A DNA stretch of 64,000 bases from assembly GCA_964199315.1 (NCBI GenBank), contig OZ116706.1, positions 27,838,001 through 27,902,000 on the forward strand, written 5' to 3'. This document shows positions 13,801-26,594 of the stretch, one piece after another. Source of the DNA: Orbicella franksi (lineage: Eukaryota). The notes beneath the pieces were generated by a model that was not told the origin of the DNA, did not search any database, and saw only the letters and a program-made list of their open reading frames with translations. Both the position numbers and the translations under genes were made by a program. How positions within the stretch are numbered: position 1 is the first letter of the stretch; the number at the start of each line of letters is the position of its first letter.

Positions 13801-16800
13801 ACTTTATAAGGGTTTTGACCAACATAGCCTCCGCTACTCTTTGCCAAAAAAGGTGAAATACTAACTCCTGTGCATAAAGTTCTTGCTACTAAATCTGATG
13901 AAGAAGGTGTTGATATATTTGCCATGCTCCCTGAAAAGGAAAGATTGTTTCCAACATGCACATCCTTTGAAGATGAACTTTTACTTGGACTTTTCTTATT
14001 GTGGTTTGTTTTCCCAGAGTTCTTGGAAGTTTTTGTTGTCTTGGAAGTAGCCTTCTCTGTGACGTGGCAATCTTTTGCTTCACCGATGAGTGTTGCAGAT
14101 GAGTCTAAAAGATAATGTTCTCCTTAAAGGGATATTACAAATAACATAGCCCTCAATCTGGACCTCATTCTAGGCTCTGTTAAAAAATTTATAGGCATCT
14201 GTATATTCAAATCTTCCTGTGAGACACAATACCAAACTAGCATAACTTTGAAAATGCCAAGACACTGCAGCCAGGATAGATCATAGTAGAACATAATTTA
14301 AGTCATTCTCTGGCTAAAAATATTTTAAACCACAAGTCAAGCTTGCTCATCATTTCACCATTTAAACAATTTAGACAGTTGAAAGCAGGTGTTTTAAAAT
14401 ACTTTTAGCAAGAGAATGTCTCAAGTTTTACTTAACATATAATATGCTAATTTAGAAAACAGTCCTAAGGAAATACGTGTGCCGATCGGTTAAAAATCGT
14501 GCTTCTATAACTCAATGGAAACACAGAACTAGCACAAGCTGTTTGATTCAATTTAATACATTTTTGTAACTTTGTGGTGAGGTTTTCTGCTTATATTGTA
14601 TTGCCTTCTGTTTTGAGTTTGATTAATCTCAAACCAAACAAAACACAAGTTTTGGAGTGAGAAAATTTTTTATACAAGAAAAATTTATACTTCAGTTAAC
14701 TTTTTGTCCAGGGTTAGCGTTAACTAACTTCCAAACAACACGGCCCTGATTACAACAAGTTAACCTAGCTTGAGCCCGCTATCCAATTGAAAATCAGTGC
14801 TTCCAGGTGAGCAGTCAACTTCAAACTATACACATGATCTCGATGAGCTCTAAACTTGAGCCTGTGATATGGTCATGTGATACTGGTCAGTGGATACCTG
14901 GTTTTGACAGGTGTCAATTGACCATAATATGGATGTCTAATATCAAAGAAATACGTTATAAATCAAGGCTACATGTCTTGGTCAGCCTATTGGCTGGAGT
15001 ATGGCCACCATGTTGTGCAACCCCATGGTCGTCTAATGTGTATATGCCCATGAGTAATACCGCTAGCCATGATAACCATGAGAAAGTCAACTCATGGGTT
15101 TCCTTTTCTTTCCTAAATGAGCATGGTGCTCAGCTTGGTGGCCCTTAATTTTCATAAGCACTGAATAAAACCCAGAAAAGCCAGAAGAAGAAAAAATGAT
15201 GAAATCTAGAGAATTTCAATTTTGCCTGGAGGTACCTCTTATCACTCCCCCCCCCCCCCCCATCTCCACCAAAAAAAGAACAACAACAACATAATAAAAA
15301 TAAGGTCAGCTGGCTTAATAAATAAACATCACAGATTCCACTCAGCCCCCCGAAAAATTTCAGAAGAACGGTATTACTAAGTGTGAAACTGCACGCTCTA
15401 CGCATTTTCCAGGAGACCAGTGATTAAACAAGCAGGTATTTTACCTTGGTCTGTAGACTCCTTGGGTGGTTCTTGTTCCTTCTTGACTTTTCTCTCTTGC
15501 ATTTCTTTGATTTTGTTTTCTTTCACTTTCTTTTGGTGGACTTTTAATGCCTGGATGACTTTCTCAGATTGCAACAATTCCTTTAAAAATGTATTGTTTA
15601 TCAAATTACAAAAAATTTACAGCAGTATATCTACTCCTTTAATACCCTACCCTCCCCCCCTCCCCACCTCACATTCCTTTTAAAAGTGATTACAAGCTCC
15701 ATCCTTTATGAATGCAAATACAATGGAATTCCGATTTTTCGAACCTCCAGGGGAAACAAAAATTGGTTCGAAAAATCAGTGAGTTAGAGGAATTGGGGGT
15801 AAATACACAGTGTTTGACTGAGGAGGGGAAACAACTTTTGGTTCAAGTTATCAAGAGGCTTGAAAAATTGAGGGTTTGAGAAATCGGAATTCCACTGTAT
15901 CACGATGTAAATAATCCACGACCAATCCTGTTATTCATACCTCCACCTTAAACAGGGGTTTCATTAAGGAATGGGCACCTGGCAAATTGAGTGGCTTTGA
16001 AGATGATTTAGCCCACTCCATTCGACTATTCATAAACCTCTCCATAAGTCTCTAAAATGTTCAATAAACTATCATCACCTAGTTAACAATTTCTCCACTA
16101 AATCTCACCAGTTGTTTTTCAGCCAGCACTTGTTGAAGCATGCTGGCATACTTTTGTTCCATCAGACACTTTTCCTCTGCAAGTTGACTCTCAATAGACT
16201 CACTTTGCATTTCCTGAACAAAAGGATGATTACAACGATAAATTGACCTGCCTTCCATGTTGATGTGCTTTACACTAACTGTAGGTTGTATATTTGTGTG
16301 ATTGTTCAGGAGAGGTTAGTTCTCAACATAACTGTAGTTGCAGGTGATACACTTTTTGAAAACCTGAGCCAAAGTTGAGGGTGGTACAGGGGGAATCTCT
16401 TGCATGGTTCATGAACGGAAATAAAAATCACGGGAAATAAGCAAGTGAGATAAGCCTTTTAATTGCTCTTTTTTTGAGCCACGAAAACATCAGGACAGCT
16501 TTCAAACCAGTACAAACATTGGGAAATGTTTTCAAAAAGCCCAAAGACTGGCCGACAAAAGCGCAATTAAAAGGCATTGTGAACAAAGTGACCTGTAGGA
16601 CATGTTCTTTCACATATGTCGGGGAAAGCAGAAGAAATTGGAAATCTCGGGGGGCCAAACACAAGCCCGGAACCAATGGAAATGGCAATTCCGCAATTAA
16701 ACAGCATGCGGAAATGGGCCACGCTATACATCCTAGTTACGCCAACATTCTTGAAACAGGTGTGAGTGGCAAGAACAAAAGACTGTTTCTGGAATCCTTG

Positions 16801-19165
16801 CACTCTTTCTTAGACAAAAAACTCCATAAATGAAAGAGCACCCTTCCCAAGGGTTTATGCGTCACTGGTTGCCTCCCTAGGGGGCAACGAACAATAACAT
16901 CCCAGCTTACTAAAATTCTGTGAATCACGCGAAATCATCATTCTCTGAAGAAGACCGCAGAAAGCGGTCAAAAATTTCGAGACAATTTTACTTTTTTTTT
17001 TAGATCTGTTTAAACTGTTTTTTTCAAAGAACTATGAGCACAGATCGCTCCAACAGTTTTATTTAACATTCTCATGTATGGAACTAAATGCATCAATTTT
17101 GATAATTATACAAAAATATTAGCCGGGGATATTTAAATACATAAATGCATTACCATCAGCACTTGTAAATTAGGTAGTTCACCACCAAATGTCTACTTAT
17201 AGAGCGGTAGAGGGCTTGGGGTTCAAGAAAAGGTGTACTTTAGTTACTACAGTTGAAACTCTATACAACAGCCACCTTCAGTACAGGGGAAAGTGGCTGA
17301 CGCAGAAAGGTGGCCGTTAAGGGGAGATAAGGTTGTAATATGACACTATGTATTGATTAAACAGAAACCAAACAGTAACAGAGGTCAATGACATGTGGCA
17401 TGGATCAAGTTTGGTAACCTTTTACAAAATAAATGGGGTTTTGTATGTACCGTTTGCCAGTCATGGATTAACTGGCCATTGTCCAGAGGTTATTTTACCA
17501 AGTTGGAACCAGGCTTTTAGCCAGGATTTGAAAAGTGGGTGACAAAAATGCACTACAGGGCTTGCTGAAATGAACAATTATAATTCAACATATGAAAAAT
17601 AAAACAATTTTCTCTAATAAGTGGCAGTCCACAGGATGCCTGGCACCCATCTGGCTAAGAGCCGGGTTAGAACGCACTTAGGTGACTGTTGCCATTGTCG
17701 GGAGGTTAAAATAAGAGTGAACATATGGGCTGACTGCCAGGATAGGAAAAAAATGGTCATAGTAAGGACATGGCCATAAGTGGAGGGTCTACTGTAATAA
17801 AATTCATCCTCATGAAGATTCAACATCAAGAAAGAAAAGCATGACAACCTACCTTGAAGAACAGATAAATAAGAAACTTTTTACTTTGCATTTTTGACAA
17901 TGATTTTAACTGATTTGCCATATAATTGGTATGAGGGTCGTACATGTATGGGGGAAATGTTGGTCTCTTTCTTGTACACCCCTAGTATAAAATATTACTT
18001 TAATATTATTTATTTATTATTTGCATTGTTTCCTATTGCTTTTCTGAAAGTTCAACTGTAGTTACCCACCAGTTGTGATTGAAAAGAGATTTCTACTTAA
18101 CACCAAACTGTTTTCTTAAGTACAATGCTTTGCAAAAGCCTTTCAGCAAAATTGTTTTTGAGCAGTCTATCTTAGCAGTCTGCTTCCCCAAAATTCGGAC
18201 CCCTTTGGGAACCAATCAGAAATCTCTTTTTCAAAGCAGGCCAATTTACCATGTAATAAAAAAAACATTACAAGACTTTGGTAAACAAATTGTATATTAA
18301 CTTATCACACAAAGATCATGATTATTTGACCACATATACCCACTAAAGCCTTTTTGGAACAAAAGCTGATACAACAGAAAAAAACTCTTCTGATGGCAAT
18401 ACGTTATTTTTGGCCATGCGAGGCAAAAAACGGATCATTGCCTAAATACACATAATTGTCTCAAGTTGACAACGAAGTAATCTTGTTTATGTTAATCAGT
18501 GCGCAATGGAAATTTGTACGAAGTGATCGCTTTAAAGGAACATATGCCCTTGTTAGCGACTATCGCTCTCAGAATCAAATGAGTTGTCTCCTTTTCATGC
18601 TCAGAGAATTAAAATTCATGACAGAAAAAGACCGAACTTTACGAGCACAAAAGCGTGATTAAAGATCACTGGAAAATTATTTAAATTCCAGATTAACGCA
18701 TGTAAGGATATTATTTCAACATTTCGTGTTATTGCTGCGGTTGGGAAATGCTGCGCAAATATACTACCAGGATTGATTAGTGTTTTAATGAACTTTAGAA
18801 GCGAAACCTGTTAAATACACCATTGAATTGAAATCGGTGTTAAAACAATGTGAAATGAAAAATGGAAATAAGCTTCACAAAGACATGTGACTTGTGTCGA
18901 GGGAGAAGTTGCTTTTTGTCGAAATCCAAAATCACAAGCTCTGAACAATACATAATTGATGACTCTTGAAATATTTAAACACTTTTATGCTACTCACGTC
19001 TGATCCCTGCGCTCTTCGCTTTTTCTTCTTGTAATTTTGTTTGTACCTATTGTTCCTATGCTTGCGACACAGGGCTGTCCTTGATCCCACCGTGTTTTCA
19101 TGGCATCCTTCTATTTGGCAAGTTTTCGACGATTTTCGGGCCGCATCCAACACTGTACCGTCCAT
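10823..19165 (-). CDS. RFXAP: RFXAP-like protein (about 485 aa) with long Ser/Thr/Gln-rich C-terminal extension; predicted exons 19165-18998, 16213-16109, 15580-15445, 14104-13263, 11734-11642, 10936-10823
   Basis: Exon 1 encodes SKTCQIEGCHENTVGSRTALCRKHRNNRYKQNYKKKK (cf. recalled human RFXAP SKTCTYEGCSETT...MCKKHRNKMYKDKYKKKK). The exon 2/3 junction gives MLQQVLAEKQL|ELLQSEKVIQAL (cf. LLEQVLNQKRL|SLLRSPEVVQFL). All junctions are GT-AG with compatible phases (0,0,1,0,0); total 1458 nt = 486 codons. A further 129-nt phase-0 exon at 17981-17853 is possible but unsupported. Confidence 0.75.
11199..11338. mobile_element. Short MITE-like element with internal poly-G tracts
   Basis: Degenerate inverted ends (GTGGTGGATCCAG ... 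CTAGATCTGCCACTG) around G-rich spacers. Confidence 0.4.
11801..12317. repeat. Intronic direct duplication of about 135 bp (11801-11936 and 12184-12317)
   Basis: Both copies run ATTTACTAGTCTGACACATGG...AAAGATTTGATTTC...GAAGTTAAAGTTGAATTT...CACACAGAAAATAACATTT with scattered substitutions. Confidence 0.9.
15721..15897. mobile_element. Tc1/mariner-type MITE, 177 bp, TA target duplication
   Basis: TA|CAATGGAATTCCGATTT ... AAATCGGAATTCCACTG|TA: 17-bp terminal inverted repeats with one mismatch, flanked by TA. Confidence 0.8.
16420..16985 (+). mobile_element. Penelope-like retroelement 3' fragment (degenerate GIY-YIG endonuclease), antisense in an RFXAP-like intron
   Basis: ORF 16474-16833: IRTAFKP...KPKD...GIVNKVTCRTCSFTYVGESRR...SAIKQH...ILE...KRLFLESLH, the GIY-YIG plus Cys/His pattern of Penelope-like elements. 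Frameshifts at both ends; hammerhead-like motif downstream at 16945-16978. Confidence 0.85.
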
Positions 19166-19609
19166 TCTTGAGTTGTGGTTCCAAATTCCGCGAAATCCGT
19201 TGTTCTGCAAGCGATTTATGAGCGCAGTTTCCAACACGTGGTTAGAATGAATGAAATCTGGGCCATGTTTGAAGACTGCGCACTAAATGAACCACAGGTT
19301 CGCAGCAACGACCGAAAAAGAATTCGAGCTGGACCAAGCGTCAGGAGAGTCTTTTAAATCTCTGCAGCTAATTAAATGATGCAAAATGTAACACTAACTC
19401 CTATTTTCGCGGAAAGAGGTTCGAAATTTTGGACCTTCAACTCAACAAAGGAAAAACTCTCATGCAAATGAATGAATGAAATTGCCTCGTTTCAAACAAA
19501 ACACTTTGATTAGTTCGAAGAGTTTTTGTTGATTTTTCCAATGAAATTCTGCATCGGTGTTATATGTCGTGGTTTCGCTTTAACGTAACTGCAAAAAACC
19601 GAAAGCCAG

Positions 19610-19765
19610 AGTTCAAAATGGCAGATAAACAGGAAAAAATGATAATGCGAACGCTGCGCGATCGACGGTGCGTTCGCTTGCTTCGTTTCCCGCTAAAATG
19701 ACAACAAATAAAACCGGAAGTAAACCTGATCTTGGAAACGAGGTCGACCGAAATCACTTCCGTTC
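19610..19765. promoter_or_regulatory. Candidate core-promoter region between the divergent RFXAP-like and TLC-domain genes
   Basis: CpG-enriched patch with ETS site CCGGAAGT (19714-19721) and YY1-like AAAATGGC (about 19615-19622), about 450-600 bp upstream of the RFXAP-like ATG. Motif match only. Confidence 0.3.
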
Positions 19766-22624
19766 AGCGAAAAAAAGGAATCCCCCGTTTAGGTTTGAGA
19801 GGAACTGAATTAACAAGAAAGGTTTTCGATGCTGTTTCCATTTATGTACCCTTTCCTTGTACAAATGACTTCCTCCAGAGCAAACGTTTATTCTCCCAAA
19901 CAAATGTTAGTTCCGGTAGTGCTGTGACTCGCGAACAGCTAATCGGCTCAAAGAAGCGTTTGGTTCGAATAATAATTTCGAACAAAACACTCGTTCCCTT
20001 GGAATCGACAGGCAGGAAACGAATTCGTTTAAAGATAGGATTTGGCTACGACATTTTTATGTCGTTACGTATTATCTGGGAAAATTTGTGGCTTCCCTAA
20101 ATGAAAATAATCACTTTGCCCCTTAAAAACCGGAAAATTTGGGGGTAGTTAGCACTTTTGTACGCCCTTTGTCTAACGCCCAACTGAGCAATTCAACCTT
20201 CAATGTTAACGTTATTAGTCCTAACAACTCGAATAGTTTACAATCTTGGATCAGGTAACCGAAGCTTCAAGTTTTGCAATCCTGTCTACAACGTTTCGTT
20301 CCAACAAATCCAGTCACATGAAACCAACAATTCAGTACCTAATACGGACATACGCTGAAACAACTGTAACAGACCTCAACCTTCAATTATACGCCTCACT
20401 GAAGCATCTCTGTGGAAATAAATCAACTGGCTCGAAAGTGGTGTGTCGTGCAGCTCAGAATGACGTCATCTTCATTTTCCCCGTCACCACGAGGAACATT
20501 TAGTTCACTTTCATCATTTATTGGATTAAAATAAAAGGTTCTGAAAGAGAGTTTAAACCGCCTTCCACGATGACTGTTATATTGGATGAGCAAAAATAAA
20601 TATATAAATAAAAAAAAAGTAACATACTGCAGAGCAATGTGAATTCGTTTCAAAACAAAAGAAATAAACATTTTTGCTTAATAATCTAACTATTATGAAG
20701 CACGGTTATCATGCTGCGCAAGGTGGTTTTAATTTCCCTTTCGAGAACCTATCCCGGGAATAATCTTTTTGAGTAGTTTTTCCTGTTGTGCGGTTGTTAG
20801 TTTCAAAACAAAATTTCCATTTCTTATTATAAAACTTTTAAGTTTTATAATAAGAAATGGAAATTTTGTGATTAAAATCATCAACTTGTGCAAGGGTAAA
20901 CTCAATGCAAGAATAGGCTGAGCTAACCAGCAAGGTTAGTCGATCAAGGCGAATTATATCTAAATTTCCCAGCTCAATATTTGAAGATTGCGGAGAGTGC
21001 CACTAACGTTCACCCATCCACATGATCCAGGGACCACGGTCCTCCCGCGCGGAGGAGCTTGCGAGTGGGATCGTGGGTGTTCTCCGCGATCCTCCGAGAA
21101 CTCCAGCGAGTTGTAAATGAGGGTGGGCTTAGATGCCAAGTCTGTGAAGATAACTTTTTACCCTCATTGGTTTGTCTTTTACCGTGACATGACATTAGCT
21201 TTACTGAACCACGAGGGACGGGGAGGGGGGGGGGGTGGGGGGCGAGGGGGCTAGACAAGAAGTTATCCATGGTAATGGCCCTGTCAATTCCAAGCCCCTG
21301 GCCCTGCATTCCAAATGTTTGCCCCTGTGGGTTTGAGAGTGAAGCTCGGGTCCGTTGAATGAAGCGCGGGACTCCAAAGAGGTCCCCATCAACTCAGTTT
21401 TTATACGCTTTTTTTTGTTGAGGGAAATTAAAAATTTTAAAAAATAAACAAAGAAGAATGTACGTATTTTAAAAAGTGAAAGATCAAATTGCCTTTGACA
21501 ATGCCCCACCCCCGGGCTGGGCAGGAAATGGTGTCAAATGCCTGCGAATGGAAGAGCTTAGAATCAACGAACGGTAGTTCTTTGCACGGAATCTAAGTTT
21601 ATTTATACATGGGCGAATATCTTGGTGTTATATAACTTATAACTTCAGCAATGAACGTAAGCATCGAAACAAAAGCACAGTAAACATTAGATTACCAATA
21701 ACTTTTCAGTACGCGCGATGCAAAGTTCCAAGTATTAGAGTGACGTGGCGTGACTAAATATGCTCGCCTGGCTCCCTTACGAACCATCGCAGTTAAAAAA
21801 CTCTGGCTAGCTAGAAACGATCAAGGTTTTTAAGACATCCAGACTCAGGTTGGAAGGACTGCCCACAAACCACGCAAAATGTTGTCATGAAAGTGTTTGA
21901 TCTAACCCCAACTTCTCTCTCAACACTTTGCGTGACGTTTCGGCCAGCTCGTTGTCTAGACAGTTTTTGGGACAAGTCTGATCCCTGCATGCCGTAAAAA
22001 CAATATGAGAATTGTTGATCGACGTAGAATTCTTTGCGCTTCTTGATAAATCTTGACTTCCTGGTCAATACGGGATGTCTGAAAAAGGGAAAAGTTGGAA
22101 GGGAAGAACAACTTTCTCGGTTTTGTGACACAATGTCAATAATATAAACTTTAAGTGGGCGGCTGAGCTAAGTTTATAAGTGCGATTGTTTTTTCCTCAA
22201 TTACTTGGTGAAAAGAGTGGCATCCCGCTAGTCATGGAAGAATTTTTAAAGAGCTCATAAAAAACCGCGCTGTATGCGAAAATGAAACGTTTAAGGCTTT
22301 TTCATCTAACACCGGAACTCGAATGTACACTGCCACGCTGGTAACTCGTGACAGGGCAATAACAAAGGCGGGCATTCTTGCGTTAACTTCAACTTCCGCT
22401 TCCGGGATTTTCTTTCGGAGTAGAGAAGACATATTTAGACTATGACGGTACTTCCCCCTTTTGGCTTTGATAAAAAAATTGACGTTTGCATAGGGGTTAT
22501 TATTGCCCCGAGTTATTCAAACTGCCACTCTACCTCAGACAGCAGAGCTTGAAGGCGGAAAAATTTAAATCGTATATTGTCAGGCTGCGAGACCGAAAAC
22601 TTAGAGACCTGAGAGACAGACGAG

Positions 22625-25600
22625 ATGACAGCACAAGAAAATGCCCCAACTCAAACTTTGAGTTACAAAAGTCTAGAAATCCTTCTTATTGTGTCAGTGA
22701 CTGTAAATTTCTGCGTGTCATGGAGTGTTATTTTGCCAAAAATGTGCCGAACTGTTCTGCGAGGTTTTGGACGTAAGCGAGAACAAGAAATCGAGGAACG
22801 AGCCGATGATATGCCGTCCTTCTGTCGGCGATTGTAAGTATATTTTGTTTATAGAGAAATATTTCAGAGGAGAAATGAGAAGCTTACTTAAGAAATCCAT
22901 TCAGAATTAAAGAAGTATTGAGTCTTATGTACAACAAAAGATTTAACAGCTCAGCACGTTGAATAGCTAGATCTCTGTTCGCACTTCCGGTCTTTACGAT
23001 TGTTCGCTGAACTAAGCAGTACATAAGACAGCTTAGCGTTAAAGGTAATGTTTTGAAGTTGTTAACACGACCGAGCAAAACTATCAAGAGCTTAGACTGT
23101 TCTCTATCAGTTAAAGTCAAATATGAATCGGCAGTCGATTCAAAACAGGTCACAGAAAATTATTTCGACCGATCTACAGTTCTGTTGAGAAAAGTTTTGT
23201 GTATTTTCTTAATTTTCCTTGACAGAACTTTTCAATTTCACGGTACCAGAACAGCAATGTTGCGAATTGAATTTCCAGGTATTTCTAATGCAGCAGGATT
23301 ACATACTTATGAAGTTTTCTCCAGCAACGCAAGGCAGCCATTTTAAACATATTTAAACAGAAAAAATTTTATCGTCCTGTTTTTAAATTTAATTAAAATT
23401 TCATAGAATAATTTCCAAAGATTATTTTTATCTCCTTGCATATTTAATAGTTCAGGGACACTAATTTTTTAACAAGCTGGGAAAAAGGTTACTAGGGTAG
23501 TTGAAATGGTTGCTCCAAACAATTTTCGCATCAAAAACTGGCTTTAAAATCCATTTCGTTTGAGATGGTTTTTAATTCGTAAACTTGAGTCCAATTTTGT
23601 GGGAAGGCCGAGAGAAATAATGATTTTAGGGGAAAAACACCGTAGTTTTGCGAAATGCAATATAGCTTAATTCTGCTGTCGTCAAAACGCATGTTTCGAA
23701 AGCTTGAAAATCTTGTGCTCTTCGCTGAAACCCTCTTTCAGTTTCACAGAGGATTTAGAACTTCGTTAGTTTCGTTGCAGTTAGGGGAATTCGCAACGGT
23801 TCAGTGAATTTCTTGAATGGCTGAATTTCAAAACTTCTTGACAGTGAAACATATATTTTAATGCGGTGCACAACATATGTTTTTGGTCATTGGTAACCAA
23901 ATCATTCCCCTAACAGGAAACGTTTCTGGGTTTTTACTCAGTCAGCAGATGGTCCAATATCATGTTCTTAATTTTTTAATGCTATGCTGTGACAATAAAA
24001 AAGGGAATTTGACAGGAAGAGGAGTATGTCGCATCAACTGTAACTTCAGTTCCCATTTATCTGCCTTGTTGCATCATCAGCAACATTATTTATATTGCCA
24101 GTGAAAAAATCCCATAAAAAGTTCCCAGTGCTTTTACATTTTATTATATATTTTACAAGCTTCTGCTCTATTTTATTCGTATATTCCCGATTTTGCATTC
24201 TCTCTCGTCATTATGTCATATTGTTTTTAAGTAAACGGACTATTTTAAGAGGAATGCTATAATTACTTCATGGCCTTCAACGAAGCATTGTCGCTTTCGA
24301 CTGACTTATATAACGGTTAATTTTACCCAGTTTCGACTCAGATTTTAGGAAGTTTCGTCATCGGGAAACATGACTGAAGTTTCAGCAAAAGAAGAAGTGA
24401 AACCGGTGTGGGAGATTTAACGGAAGACTCAAACTCGCTCTTCAACGCAAAAGTAAACCAACGTACGAACAACTGCCGGCTTTTATGAAATGGCTTGTTA
24501 ATTTAATGATTCAAAAAGCGACTTTTCTCTTTGCTTGTTACAGCTTTTTCTATGATAAGAGTTGAACTTCGAAGCAAAATTTGTTGGTCGTTATGTAATA
24601 CTCACTGACAATCAATCTTGCCTGGTACTTGAAAATTTTAAGTTATATTTTCACCATTTTGGTGACGAACGAAGTAAAAAGGAATTCAATATTTCTGACC
24701 AAAACATCAAGCTTAAGATATATGGGCCCACGCTTTTACGTATTAGTTTCAAAACCCTCCATAATTTGTTAGAAGTGAAAACTAGTCATTTCAAAGTCTC
24801 AGCCCACGAAAAATGGGCTGTATGGCAACATTTCAAATTTTAAAACGCGAACGTCCGATTCTCTCACAGTCGGTGACATTTGAAGGCAATCTTCTCGCTC
24901 TTCCTTCGATATATATTCGTTAATACTCTCTTGTTAAAGTTTTCCTCCTCCACCTTTTCCAAATTGTTAGACCTAATGCGTCATTTCAGGCAAATTTCAA
25001 TCGCTTGACAGGATAAACAGGAAAACTGACATACCATGAACAAAACATATTTCATTCAGCTGAGAAAACGAGACGGTAAATAACTCTTCTATTTACAGAC
25101 AGAGGAGGGCTTTTATCTTTTATTGGCTCGTTAAACTTGATTTTTCGACACCAGATACGACTTATGACGCATTCATTGGTGTGGGCATAAAGAAAAACAC
25201 TCATGCTTCTTTGGTCTTCCTGTTCGAATGTGATTTGATCAGGTGCTGGCCAAACTGGGGCTAAAAATGGAAATCAATGTTTTTAAAATAGATAACACGA
25301 AAAGCAAGGTCAAAAGTGTAATAAGTGAGATATTATAAATTTCAGTTCAAATAGAAACTAAAAATAAGATAAAAGTTATCCAAAGAACCAGTTACTAGTG
25401 ATTGGTCGTCATTGTTTTTATGAAGGATGTATTTGTGCCAAGGATATGCTTTTTTCCCAAAGCAAACTTCCAATCGAAGCTGTTAAAACGTTTTTGGACT
25501 TCTTTGGCATTGAATCAGTGGCCTTTTGAAGTTTTAAAATAAGGCAACTGATCAAAAATTAGAGTTTACCAAAAAAATGACAACAGGAAAATGTTTTTTT

Positions 25601-26594
25601 TTAGACATTTACTGACCAACTTTGTTTGACTAGTTATAATATTAAAAAAATTATTTCCTCTAGCTATCATTGATCAAGATAGTAAAGTTAAAACCTTCCC
25701 TTCTCATTGCTGGTCTCAAATGTTTTAAGACTAATTGTTTATTTTCTTATTTCCAGCGCTACCAACCTTGTATTTTGTGTGGCATTACCAGCATGCGGAA
25801 TTGTCCTATTAACGAACTCGGACGTCATTCAGAAACCTTTCTCCGCATTCAACGGCTCGTTTCGCTTGGTGTTTTCCATCGCCTTGGGTCATTACATCTT
25901 CAAAACAGCGGAAGTTGTCACTTTCCATCGAGAGATCTTCCACTTCAAGCCCCTCCTTGTCCATCATCTTGTTGCTATGGCAACTTGCATCACGATTCTG
26001 CATTACGAACAGAACGCCATCATGGGCGTGATCATGCTGCTTGTCGAGGGAAGTCTGGTATTTGCGGAGAATGAGAGAGAGTATTTCCGCCAAGTGGCCA
26101 GTCCTCGAGAGGAATCGAAAATGAGGAAATTTGGATCAGTCGTGGTTTTTCTGCTTGCTATTGCCATAAAAGGAGTCTTCCCAGTCTCTCTCATTGTCAT
26201 TGCATTCCTGACGTCACTTGACGAACTTTTGAAAATGTCTTACGTTCCTCTGGCCTTCTTCTTTCTAAGTCTGGTCTTCTTCGCCGCCGTCGACTTGTGG
26301 TTCTTCAGAGACGCGTGTGCCGAGCTTTCCCGCCAATTTTCCAGGCCCTCTCCTCGTTTAATCATCATACCCCTTCACAACAACTCCATGCCAGCACCAC
26401 CGACCACTGCTATTAACAACGACGGGCTCAAGAAACTCTTGCTCTCCAGGGATGGCGTACATGGCTCTGTGCAAATTACAGAAAATGCCCTTTGGGATAA
26501 AGATTTGAACTTAAGTAAAGATATGCCAGCGATATTACCGCTGGAATCTTCAACACCGGACGAGATTAAAGGACAGCTAGTTATAGAAATGTAA
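22625..26594 (+). CDS. TLC (TRAM/LAG1/CLN8)-domain multi-pass membrane protein, 348 aa; exons 22625-22833 and 25757-26594
   Basis: Phase-2 donor TT|GTAAGT (22833) and acceptor TTCCAG|C (25757) join to give FCRRF-ATNLVF; 1047 nt = 349 codons. Several hydrophobic helices with LLVHHLVAM and LLVEGSLVF, matching the HH and LxE(x)S motifs of TLC domains. Confidence 0.7.

Noticed and set aside
15941-16051. Open phase-0 candidate exon (RLMERFMNSR...) in the RFXAP-like gene
   Set aside because: Needs a 57-nt intron and would split the otherwise gap-free RFXAP helical domain.
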